Virus record (IMG/VR): IMGVR_UViG_3300029309_000007
Length of the DNA: 64,000 bases
From: an uncultured virus (IMG/VR IMGVR_UViG_3300029309_000007)
Lineage: Duplodnaviria; Heunggongvirae; Uroviricota; Caudoviricetes
Strand: one strand, 5' to 3'
Below the pieces are notes generated by a model that did no database searches, was not told the DNA's origin, and saw nothing but the letters and a program-made list of their open reading frames with translations. Within the stretch, counting starts at the first letter, position 1; every line of letters starts with the position of its first letter. Shown here one piece after another: positions 57,140-64,000 of this stretch. A program made the position numbers and the translations under genes.

Positions 57140-57774
57140 TTTTCACCGTCCTTCTTGTTTAGTAGTTCTTGAATACGCATATTAGCGTTTTGAATTTCAT
57201 TTGTTAGACGCTTGACCTCATCAATCGGCGTTTCCGTTTCTCTCATGTCGGGTGAGGTTATAATATATCCGATGGCCGACAGCGAAGCAATATCATTTTG
57301 GGACAGGGAGGTTAATGGCCCCTTTTTTACCATCTGGGGTATTTTTGGTCTTGGAATAAATGCTTTGAAATCTAAACCATGTTGGTCTGCAAGAATCTGT
57401 TGTTGTAGCATTTCCATTTGTTTATGAATAGAAGCATGTTTAGGACAATATGTTCCTCTTAGTGGTCTTCCCTTTTCTACACGGTCTAAAGGAATCGGCG
57501 GTCGAAGAAAATCACCTGCTTCCCAAATGTGGTGCATGCCACATACGACACATCTATCCTTTAGATTAAACTTATATCCGTATTTGATAAAAAGAATCTT
57601 TTTCTTTTCCGGCATAAGAACCTTAGTGATTTCTTTTAGTTTTTTCTTGGGCTTAATTGAATCATATTTATATTCTTCAATTTGTCCTGCGGCTCTAAAT
57701 TGTTGCAGTTTTGGCAAAAATGCCAACGCTGTTTGGTTGCTAATTAAGTTCGGTTGTTGATACATAATAATCAA
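57136..57774 (-). CDS. zinc-finger (CxxC...CxxH) and coiled-coil protein
   Basis: CVVCG..YCPKH. Confidence 0.7.
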   Translation of the reverse strand: MIIMYQQPNLISNQTALAFLPKLQQFRAAGQIEEYKYDSIKPKKKLKEITKVLMPEKKKILFIKYGYKFNLKDRCVVCGMHHIWEAGDFLRPPIPLDRVEKGRPLRGTYCPKHASIHKQMEMLQQQILADQHGLDFKAFIPRPKIPQMVKKGPLTSLSQNDIASLSAIGYIITSPDMRETETPIDEVKRLTNEIQNANMRIQELLNKKDGEK

Positions 57775-58433
57775 TAATCCTTTATTATTGTAGTAATTCC
57801 TTTATATACCATTTCTGGTTGTGATTTTGCTGATACAATATACTTGAAGCATGGTATTCCTTTATCGTTTAATTTTCTCATTCCATATTTAAAAGGTTCA
57901 AAGATTTCATGTTCATCTATTTCTTTTTCAGACTTGTGTTTTTCTCCCCATATGTCATATTTATTTGCCCAAATACTTACTGCCATAGGAAAATCTGAGT
58001 CTCTTTTCTTTTTACCGTTTGACCATCTATCTGAAATAATTGTGTCCACTAAAAATTTCCATGCTAACTGGTGGTCTAAATTTGAATTGCTATCTAAGTG
58101 TCGGTGGTCAATCATAAAAATAACATATTTGACTCTTCGTTCTCGCATATCTTTTTCCCATTCTTTCCAGTATATTGCTTCTCCGCCAATGTCTGCGCTT
58201 CTTACTGTATGGGATTCTCCGTCTATTTTAATCGTTTTTCTTGAGGCTCTATGCTTTCCAACAGTTCTTTCTTGTATTGTTGGCACTTCCCCTCTTGTTC
58301 TTAACTGATGACTTAATGTTGTTTTTCCTACCATTGTTGCCCCATAAACTCCAAAATTAATTGCGTGAATCTTTTTGTAAAATCCTATGATTGCTTCACC
58401 GACTAAAATAGCAAAGCCTGTCATTAATGACAT
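57771..58433 (-). CDS. Arf/Sar/Rab-like small GTPase
   Basis: G1 GATMVGKT, G2 RTVG, G3 DIGGE, G4 NKYD, G5 SAK; N-terminal hydrophobic helix. Confidence 0.88.
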   Translation of the reverse strand: MSLMTGFAILVGEAIIGFYKKIHAINFGVYGATMVGKTTLSHQLRTRGEVPTIQERTVGKHRASRKTIKIDGESHTVRSADIGGEAIYWKEWEKDMRERRVKYVIFMIDHRHLDSNSNLDHQLAWKFLVDTIISDRWSNGKKKRDSDFPMAVSIWANKYDIWGEKHKSEKEIDEHEIFEPFKYGMRKLNDKGIPCFKYIVSAKSQPEMVYKGITTIIKDY

Positions 58434-58648
58434 TAATGCCCCCACCCGTTTAACAAAGTGTCAAACAGGAAACCCATGATGTTTAAGTCAAAAACACCCA
58501 TGATATTTCCAAGCAAAAAGCCAGCAACGGTGCAAGTAATACCGTAAAGCCAAGCCTTTGCCTTAAGAAAGAAAATGTCAGCAGAATGCGCTCTCGTTTG
58601 ATTATAGGCGTAGTCGGATTCGGAGAATCCTAAAAAGTCGCCAATCAT
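58433..58648 (-). CDS. small membrane protein
   Basis: Hydrophobic WLYGITCTVAGFLLGNIMGVF; its stop overlaps the GTPase start (TAATG). Confidence 0.7.
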   Translation of the reverse strand: MIGDFLGFSESDYAYNQTRAHSADIFFLKAKAWLYGITCTVAGFLLGNIMGVFDLNIMGFLFDTLLNGWGH

Positions 58649-58656
58649 TTAATCAC

Positions 58657-59037
58657 CTACTGCAAAGCCGCTAAAAATTCATTTCCGATAGAATTTTCAG
58701 CCGTTTCGTAAGTAGGTTGTTGTGCAACAATAGAAGTCTTGTATGTTTCACGGATTTTATTTTTCTGTGCTTCTTCCTTTGACTTTCTTTCCCAGTATGC
58801 TTTAATCCTTTGGTCAAGCAAATACATTTCAATTCTATCATTAAGAGCAATATCAAATAGTGCTTTCAAAACCATAATAGCACCGACTGTAATTAACCCA
58901 AATAGAATCGCATGGGCCAATGTACCGTGTGGGAAACCTGTCCCATAATTAGCGTAAAAGAAAACATTTGCGCCGCTAACGGTTCCGACGAAAAGAATCG
59001 TCATAACCAAACGGGTTTCTGTATTTAATGCTGGCAT
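58657..59037 (-). CDS. two-TM membrane protein with a cytoplasmic coiled coil
   Basis: LVMTILFVGTVSGANVFFY and AILFGLITVGAIMVL. Confidence 0.72.
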   Translation of the reverse strand: MPALNTETRLVMTILFVGTVSGANVFFYANYGTGFPHGTLAHAILFGLITVGAIMVLKALFDIALNDRIEMYLLDQRIKAYWERKSKEEAQKNKIRETYKTSIVAQQPTYETAENSIGNEFLAALQ

Positions 59038-59046
59038 AATATCACC

Positions 59047-59328
59047 TCAAGCAAATTCAATTGAACAAGCGACGGTTCCAGATTGTTTCTTAAAAAACAA
59101 TCCACTTCTCGCTAAAACGCCATGCATATCAAATTCAATTGTTTGATTTGCGGCTAAAACTATTCTAGCAATTTCTGTCCCTGCGGCACTTGTACCGTCA
59201 AATACTCTTATTTCGGCAGTAGCACCTGCTGTTTCGCAAGCATGAATTGAAATTAAAAGGCATTGTTGCTCTGAAATAATTTTATCTGCCGCTAAAACGC
59301 CACTTGACCTGCATGTTTGTCCCGCCAT
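59047..59328 (-). CDS. small beta-rich virion protein
   Basis: Beta-sandwich-like pattern; AGGTGA RBS. Confidence 0.55.
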   Translation of the reverse strand: MAGQTCRSSGVLAADKIISEQQCLLISIHACETAGATAEIRVFDGTSAAGTEIARIVLAANQTIEFDMHGVLARSGLFFKKQSGTVACSIEFA

Positions 59329-59356
59329 ACTTTCACCTATCCGTTGATAACATCAA

Positions 59357-59374
59357 CACCTATTTAAGAGGTGC
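59357..59374 (-). promoter_or_regulatory. TATA-like box inside an inverted repeat
   Basis: Minus strand reads CACCT-CTTAAAT-AGGTG, about 30 nt before ATG 59328. Confidence 0.4.
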
Positions 59375-59378
59375 GATG

Positions 59379-59714
59379 CTATTCTGTCTTCAAAGAAGAC
59401 TTTTTGAGCGTTTTCTTCTTTGGTAAAGCCTTTGGCTTAGGCAGAAGCAAATCGCACAATTCTTGAGCAGTAAGGCTTTCCTTTTTTAATTCCTTTGCCG
59501 CAGTCTTAAGGAGTTTTTCAGGCAAGTCAAGTAAGCCTTCCCTGTCTTCTTCTGTAAATACGAACATTAAATTCTTATCGGAAAGAGCGATAATTGCCCT
59601 TCGGAGAGGAACAGAAGTAGTGTCATTCCGAGTAATTTCGGTCCACCCTTCTAATCCCTCAATTAAGAATCGGCCGCCCAATTGACTTTTTTCTGTCAAT
59701 TTTACCGAAACCAT
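59379..59714 (-). CDS. hypothetical protein with a basic tail
   Basis: Track ORF with RBS. Confidence 0.6.
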   Translation of the reverse strand: MVSVKLTEKSQLGGRFLIEGLEGWTEITRNDTTSVPLRRAIIALSDKNLMFVFTEEDREGLLDLPEKLLKTAAKELKKESLTAQELCDLLLPKPKALPKKKTLKKSSLKTE

Positions 59715-59723
59715 ATTATCGCC

Positions 59724-60080
59724 TCAAATAAGACCCGTAGCCCTGATGATAATAGGATTGCCGTCTAAAGAGGCACTTCCATTTGCTAATTGCGCTTCAA
59801 CACCACTTGTATTATCTTCAACATTGACTTCTAAATACAGATTATTTGCTGTATCTGCTCCCGCTACGAGATTAATGCTATGTTGAAGCAAACCGCCACC
59901 AATTCTAACAATATTAGCCGAAGTAATCCTGCTTAAGCCTAATTCAGAAGCAGGAATAACGATTCCGCCAGTAGTGTAGGTAGCGATATTTACGGAAACA
60001 TCAATAACATATTCATCCCCTTGAACCTTTGGGCGAGTAAAACCCTTATGGTCTGCTAACCTAGTTGTCGTGTGTGCCAA
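59724..60080 (-). CDS. putative capsid decoration protein
   Basis: YTTGGIVIPASELGLSRI; downstream of the major capsid gene. Confidence 0.55.
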   Translation of the reverse strand: MAHTTTRLADHKGFTRPKVQGDEYVIDVSVNIATYTTGGIVIPASELGLSRITSANIVRIGGGLLQHSINLVAGADTANNLYLEVNVEDNTSGVEAQLANGSASLDGNPIIIRATGLI

Positions 60081-60090
60081 TTAAAACACC

Positions 60091-60354
60091 TCACTGACCA
60101 ATAGCCATGAAATAAACGACATCGCCGCTTGTGCATTTAATAGCAACATTACCGCTTGTTAGTGGTAAGTCTGCATTAACTGTTGCGGCGTTAGCCTCTA
60201 CTGCACTTCCTTTGTGGGTAAATACTAAAGATTCAACCTTTGAAAGTCCTGTTTCAATATTTCCGTCTGTTCCGTCAGCAGTGGTTTGTCCACATACTAA
60301 TCTTCTGTTTCCTTCTAAATTCATCTCTAAGTTTATTACTGTCGCAAATGCCAT
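60091..60354 (-). CDS. putative capsid decoration protein
   Basis: GNIETGLSKV..VYFMAIG; directly after the major capsid gene. Confidence 0.55.
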   Translation of the reverse strand: MAFATVINLEMNLEGNRRLVCGQTTADGTDGNIETGLSKVESLVFTHKGSAVEANAATVNADLPLTSGNVAIKCTSGDVVYFMAIGQ

Positions 60355-60377
60355 ATCTAATCATCTCCTTTTTGTCC

Positions 60378-61709
60378 TCATTGAATGTTAGTGATTTTAC
60401 CCTGTCCCCTGAAGAAAGAACAGCCAACTTCACCAATTGTTCGGTATAAGGCTCTGTTTCCGAGAGTTCCGACACCAAATGGATTTCCGTTTGCGATACC
60501 ATCCTCAAAGTATTGGGTTGGTTTCATAACAGACAACCAAAGGTGGTCAGTATCAAGGAAAAGCATATCCGATAATTTAGTGGATGCACCGCCGGTTTGC
60601 GGCATATCCTTAACAGGAATCAAAGGAATATCGTAGTAGGTAGCCACACGGAAACCGACTTCTTGACCCTTTGTTCCACGAACACCGTTCACGGTTGGAA
60701 CAATTTCTTTTCTATCCATAAATCGCTCTTGACTCTGTAATAGGTCAGCAAGGGCTTGAATGGTATCATATCCAGTAAGAATGACCTTTGGAGAACCACC
60801 GGCAAGACGAAGGTTTCTAATCATGTCATTTATCCGAGTAAGAGTAAAAGAACGAACATCGCCCGAAGCATAGCCAGAACCAAAGTCCACTTCTGCATCA
60901 AGGAAAGAAGCGGCACTAAATCGCTCTTGGCCGTAAATTTTAGCATCAACGGTAGAAGCAGAAGCCCCAGTATCGCCTAATACGGTATCGCTGGCTAAAA
61001 TTTCATCACGGTTTGAAATAACCTTCATCAAAGAAGTGTAGTTGTTTCCGATGTTGGGTAAAGTGGATGTTTGATAGTTTTCAAGCGGCATAACCAGCAT
61101 TTTGTTTTGAACTTCAGCGTGGTGCTTACCCATATCTTCACGCATTTGCGCTCTAATATCGCCAATTCCATCGTCAATTTGAGCCATTTCCATAGCCAAT
61201 TCGCTGAAATCAAATTGATGTGCAATAACCTTTGGGCTCATGTTTAATTGGGCGTAGGTTGGAGCAATTGGGCCTAATCCGTCTTGTGCAGTTGAAAGAC
61301 CTGCATTTTCAGGAACACCACCGATTAAATCGGCTCTTGGCGAATCGTCGCCTAATTCTGCTAAAGTGGCATTTCCAGAGGTAGCAACAGAAAACAAATT
61401 TCCTGAACCACCAGCAGGACGGGACTTCAAAACTCGCCAACCACTTGAAGTATATGGTCGCTTTGAAATCATTGAAAGAGCATTCACTTCACGGTTAAGC
61501 ATAGACCAAACCTTCTGCCCATAAACGATGTTGTAAAGGGCGGAAACATCGGCAATTCCGCTTCCCGAAAAGGAAGGAGAACCATCATGTCCGGTATGAA
61601 TACCGCCAACAGCACCGGCTTGCTTTAAAAGAGCATTACCGGCAGGTAGGTTGTTAATTCCATAAGTCTGTGCTTCTAAGTCTGCAATTGTGTTAATATA
61701 TCCAGTCAT
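60378..61709 (-). CDS. major capsid protein (HK97-like)
   Basis: Follows the prohead protease; PKVIAHQFDFSE, YYDIPLIP, MLFLDTDHL, GEVGC..QGKITNI. Confidence 0.85.
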   Translation of the reverse strand: MTGYINTIADLEAQTYGINNLPAGNALLKQAGAVGGIHTGHDGSPSFSGSGIADVSALYNIVYGQKVWSMLNREVNALSMISKRPYTSSGWRVLKSRPAGGSGNLFSVATSGNATLAELGDDSPRADLIGGVPENAGLSTAQDGLGPIAPTYAQLNMSPKVIAHQFDFSELAMEMAQIDDGIGDIRAQMREDMGKHHAEVQNKMLVMPLENYQTSTLPNIGNNYTSLMKVISNRDEILASDTVLGDTGASASTVDAKIYGQERFSAASFLDAEVDFGSGYASGDVRSFTLTRINDMIRNLRLAGGSPKVILTGYDTIQALADLLQSQERFMDRKEIVPTVNGVRGTKGQEVGFRVATYYDIPLIPVKDMPQTGGASTKLSDMLFLDTDHLWLSVMKPTQYFEDGIANGNPFGVGTLGNRALYRTIGEVGCSFFRGQGKITNIQ

Positions 61710-61720
61710 CTTTAATCACC

Positions 61721-62983
61721 TCAAATTCCACGAACCATTTTGTGAATGTCTGACCAGTCCATATTGGCGACATCATCAACGGTTGGAACATTAATTGCAC
61801 TTTCTTCTTGTGCCTTGCGAATTTCGTTCTTTTCCGCAGTAAGAGACTTGCGGAGTTCACTAAATTCATTCTTAAGAGAAGCAATTTCCGAAGCGGCATC
61901 GTAGTTTTGCTTTGCGATGACATTTTCTCGGTTGTTCACTTCTTGAGCAAATCTGTCCTCAAAAGACTTTTTGAGGTTATCGTAAGCAAGAGCCTCCAAT
62001 TGCTCTTGGCGGAAAGCCTCGTAAGCCTTCTCAATGTTAGCAACGCTCAAATCAAGCGTTTCTAATTCATTGTTGTTGAATGCCTTAACAACGGGCATAG
62101 TGGTTCCTTTTGGTCGGCCACCTTCAATAATGATTCTATCAGCAGGTTCGCCAATATCAGGATTAGCACCGTCAAGAGTTGGAAGTGGGGCTTTCTTTGA
62201 TTCCATAAGTTTCTCATAAGAACCTGATTCAGTTTCCATGTCTTCCTCATCTTCCACCATTCGGTTTTCCACCATTCGGTTTTCCACCATTCGGTTTTCC
62301 ATATCGGCACTTTCCATTTCCTTATCTCCCATGGCCTTTTCATCTTCGGTCAAAGCCATTTCTTCTTCTTTTCTTAACGAATTGACTTCCTTCAAAAGTT
62401 CATCCAATTCGCCTAATGCTTTTTCTAGTTTTTCTTGTGTCATAACATCACCTGTTTTATCTTGTTTTAGTATGTCAAATCTCGCTTCGGGGTTAATTCC
62501 TTTTTCACAGATGGTAATTTCATGCAACTCCAATTTGCTAATTTCGTTGTATTCTCCCATCCTTTCGTGGCTTTTCTTTACTTTTCGTAATGCTTGTCCA
62601 CCAATGCTAAATGACCTTAACGACCCTTTGCGAATGCCTCTTCCTACCTCTTTTGCTTTTTCTATGTCATCCCTAAGTTTAATAACAACATAAAATCCGA
62701 CATCATCAACTTCCGATTTCCATAATCTTCCCGTTTTATCTCGGTATGAATCTACTACTTCTCCCACTTGAACATTTGAATGATTTGTCATTACATTTCT
62801 GAATCTTGGTTCTTCCATGAATTTTTTAACTGCGTCTTGTAAAGCCTCTAATGTGATTAAATCATTTTGTTTATCCACGATTTCAATGCTCGCATATCCT
62901 CCAATCATAAGGTCGTCTGCGCTTTTGAGAATGCTGAAATCGTCATTCCTTATCGCTAAGACACCTCCGTTCATGTGTTTCAA
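61721..62983 (-). CDS. HK97-family prohead protease with a C-terminal scaffold
   Basis: IGGYAS..VDKQND, H(SNVQVG), LRSFSIGG, LHEITI..GINPEA; acidic coiled-coil C-terminus. Confidence 0.9.
   Translation of the reverse strand: MKHMNGGVLAIRNDDFSILKSADDLMIGGYASIEIVDKQNDLITLEALQDAVKKFMEEPRFRNVMTNHSNVQVGEVVDSYRDKTGRLWKSEVDDVGFYVVIKLRDDIEKAKEVGRGIRKGSLRSFSIGGQALRKVKKSHERMGEYNEISKLELHEITICEKGINPEARFDILKQDKTGDVMTQEKLEKALGELDELLKEVNSLRKEEEMALTEDEKAMGDKEMESADMENRMVENRMVENRMVEDEEDMETESGSYEKLMESKKAPLPTLDGANPDIGEPADRIIIEGGRPKGTTMPVVKAFNNNELETLDLSVANIEKAYEAFRQEQLEALAYDNLKKSFEDRFAQEVNNRENVIAKQNYDAASEIASLKNEFSELRKSLTAEKNEIRKAQEESAINVPTVDDVANMDWSDIHKMVRGI
62252..62301. repeat. 15-bp tandem repeat, about 3.3 copies (MVENR in the protease-scaffold linker)
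   Basis: TTCCACCATTCGGTT at 62252, 62267 and 62282. Confidence 0.9.
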
Positions 62984-63002
62984 ACCTCTGTTATGCTTTC
63001 AA

Positions 63003-63010
63003 GTATATAA
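63003..63010 (-). promoter_or_regulatory. candidate TATA box for the protease/capsid operon
   Basis: Minus strand TTATATAC in the intergenic gap; similar to the TTATATAT at 1631. Confidence 0.45.
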
Positions 63011-63020
63011 TGGACTCGGA

Positions 63021-64000
63021 TTATTTCTTAGGAAGGGGCAACTCATTATACCCATCATCATAAATATTCCATAATCCCTTATCCTTATCTTTATCTGCCG
63101 GACTTTGTTTATATCCAGTAAAAGCAATCCACATTTTACCTTCTTCCGCAGGAATTACTCTAAAGTGAATCTTTGTCTCAAATTTGTTTCCTTCTAAGAA
63201 GTATTCGTGATACCCTGTTCTTTGAACACCTAACTTAACCTCTCCTTCATCAATAATCTTTTTCTTATCAAGGTCTTTACCAACAATGGCGGGATATTTA
63301 CCTGACTTTCCGAAGAGGTCAAAAATATCTTCGTCTTTTTCTAAGTCAATAAACCAATTTAGTGTTTCATCTTTTAGTTTGATAATAAAGTTTAAGTTTC
63401 CATCATCTCTTAGATAAATTTTAAATTGGCCCTGTCTATACTCTTCGGGAGTTTCATACTTCTTGATTTCAGCCATAATTTTATCTGCATCATGGACAAA
63501 TTTATTTTCTCTAAATAGAACGCCGTGGTCTTTTCCTCTGTCATCTAACCAATCTTTAAGTCTTACAGATTTAGACTCTAATAAGTCTTCATATAAATCT
63601 TTTGTAAATTTATTGCTGATTAAAAATGTATGAAGTTCTTGAGGAGTCTTTTCTCCTGTTTTCTTAAGGTAGTTAAAAATAGCCACAATGATTTTACTCT
63701 GCTTAGTTTTCATTATTTCTTCTGCTTGTGCTTTCCACATATCTAAATCTGCTAAAGCGTTCTTTGACATTAGATTGCTTTCTTCAAAGCCATAGATAGT
63801 AAAGCCATCAAAGTCTCCTTTGATAATAACAGAAGCCTCTCCGTGGATATGGTCAGTAATTTTAATTCCTTTAGTTAATGCTTCAACAGAATATTTCAAA
63901 GATTTTTTAGTATCTTTAGATAACATTTCTAAAGTGACAATTTTTTCTGGGGTATCTACTTCAGGAACCTCAATAACTTTTGCTGAAAAGACAGTATATT
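63021..64000 (-). CDS. C-terminal part of a large protein with a LigD phosphoesterase-like domain (truncated by the window)
   Basis: Frame is open to the window end (YTVFSAKVIEVPEVDTPE..). IIDEGEVKLG..EYFLEGNKF..WIAF resembles the LigD PE fold. Confidence 0.55.
   Translation of the reverse strand, partial: YTVFSAKVIEVPEVDTPEKIVTLEMLSKDTKKSLKYSVEALTKGIKITDHIHGEASVIIKGDFDGFTIYGFEESNLMSKNALADLDMWKAQAEEIMKTKQSKIIVAIFNYLKKTGEKTPQELHTFLISNKFTKDLYEDLLESKSVRLKDWLDDRGKDHGVLFRENKFVHDADKIMAEIKKYETPEEYRQGQFKIYLRDDGNLNFIIKLKDETLNWFIDLEKDEDIFDLFGKSGKYPAIVGKDLDKKKIIDEGEVKLGVQRTGYHEYFLEGNKFETKIHFRVIPAEEGKMWIAFTGYKQSPADKDKDKGLWNIYDDGYNELPLPKK

Noticed and set aside
36834..63074. Plus-strand ORFs in the late block (e.g. 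46936..47724, 52975..53490, 57844..58308) and minus-strand ORFs in the early block
   Set aside because: These are antisense shadows of well-supported genes, with no RBS or motifs.

Overview
This window looks like about 64 kb of an AT-rich tailed dsDNA virus of archaea. Gene content and the GGAGG/AGGTGA ribosome-binding sites resemble the 'magrovirus'-type viruses of Marine Group II (Poseidoniales); this host assignment is inference. Two gene blocks converge at about 36.7 kb. The + strand block (1-36.7 kb) holds early and replication genes: two tRNAs, a UvrD helicase, a DenV-like glycosylase, TFIIB, bacterial-type GroES/GroEL, PC4, two histone-fold candidates and a near-complete archaeal-type replisome. 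The replisome comprises a ligase, RFC-L/S, RPA, a RecA-like ATPase, a PCNA-like clamp, split PolB, a Cas4-like nuclease, PriS-PriL primase, ERCC4, an MCM-like helicase and a DEDD nuclease. The - strand block (36.7-64 kb) is a siphovirus-like morphogenesis module: prohead protease, major capsid protein, adaptor, tail tube, a frameshifted tail chaperone, tape measure and tail tip/fibre. Standouts: (1) a virus-encoded ubiquitin-like system, with a Ubl ending in GG-Q, a ThiF/E1, a JAB protease and a possible E2-like protein, interleaved with TFIIB and zinc fingers; (2) an Arf/Sar-like small-GTPase and membrane-protein cassette between the capsid and neck genes; (3) a three-copy, covarying ~47-nt structured RNA motif lying just before ribosome-binding sites; (4) three tandem early genes sharing a C-terminal GxWDG motif. 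All calls come from reading motifs by eye; no searches were run.
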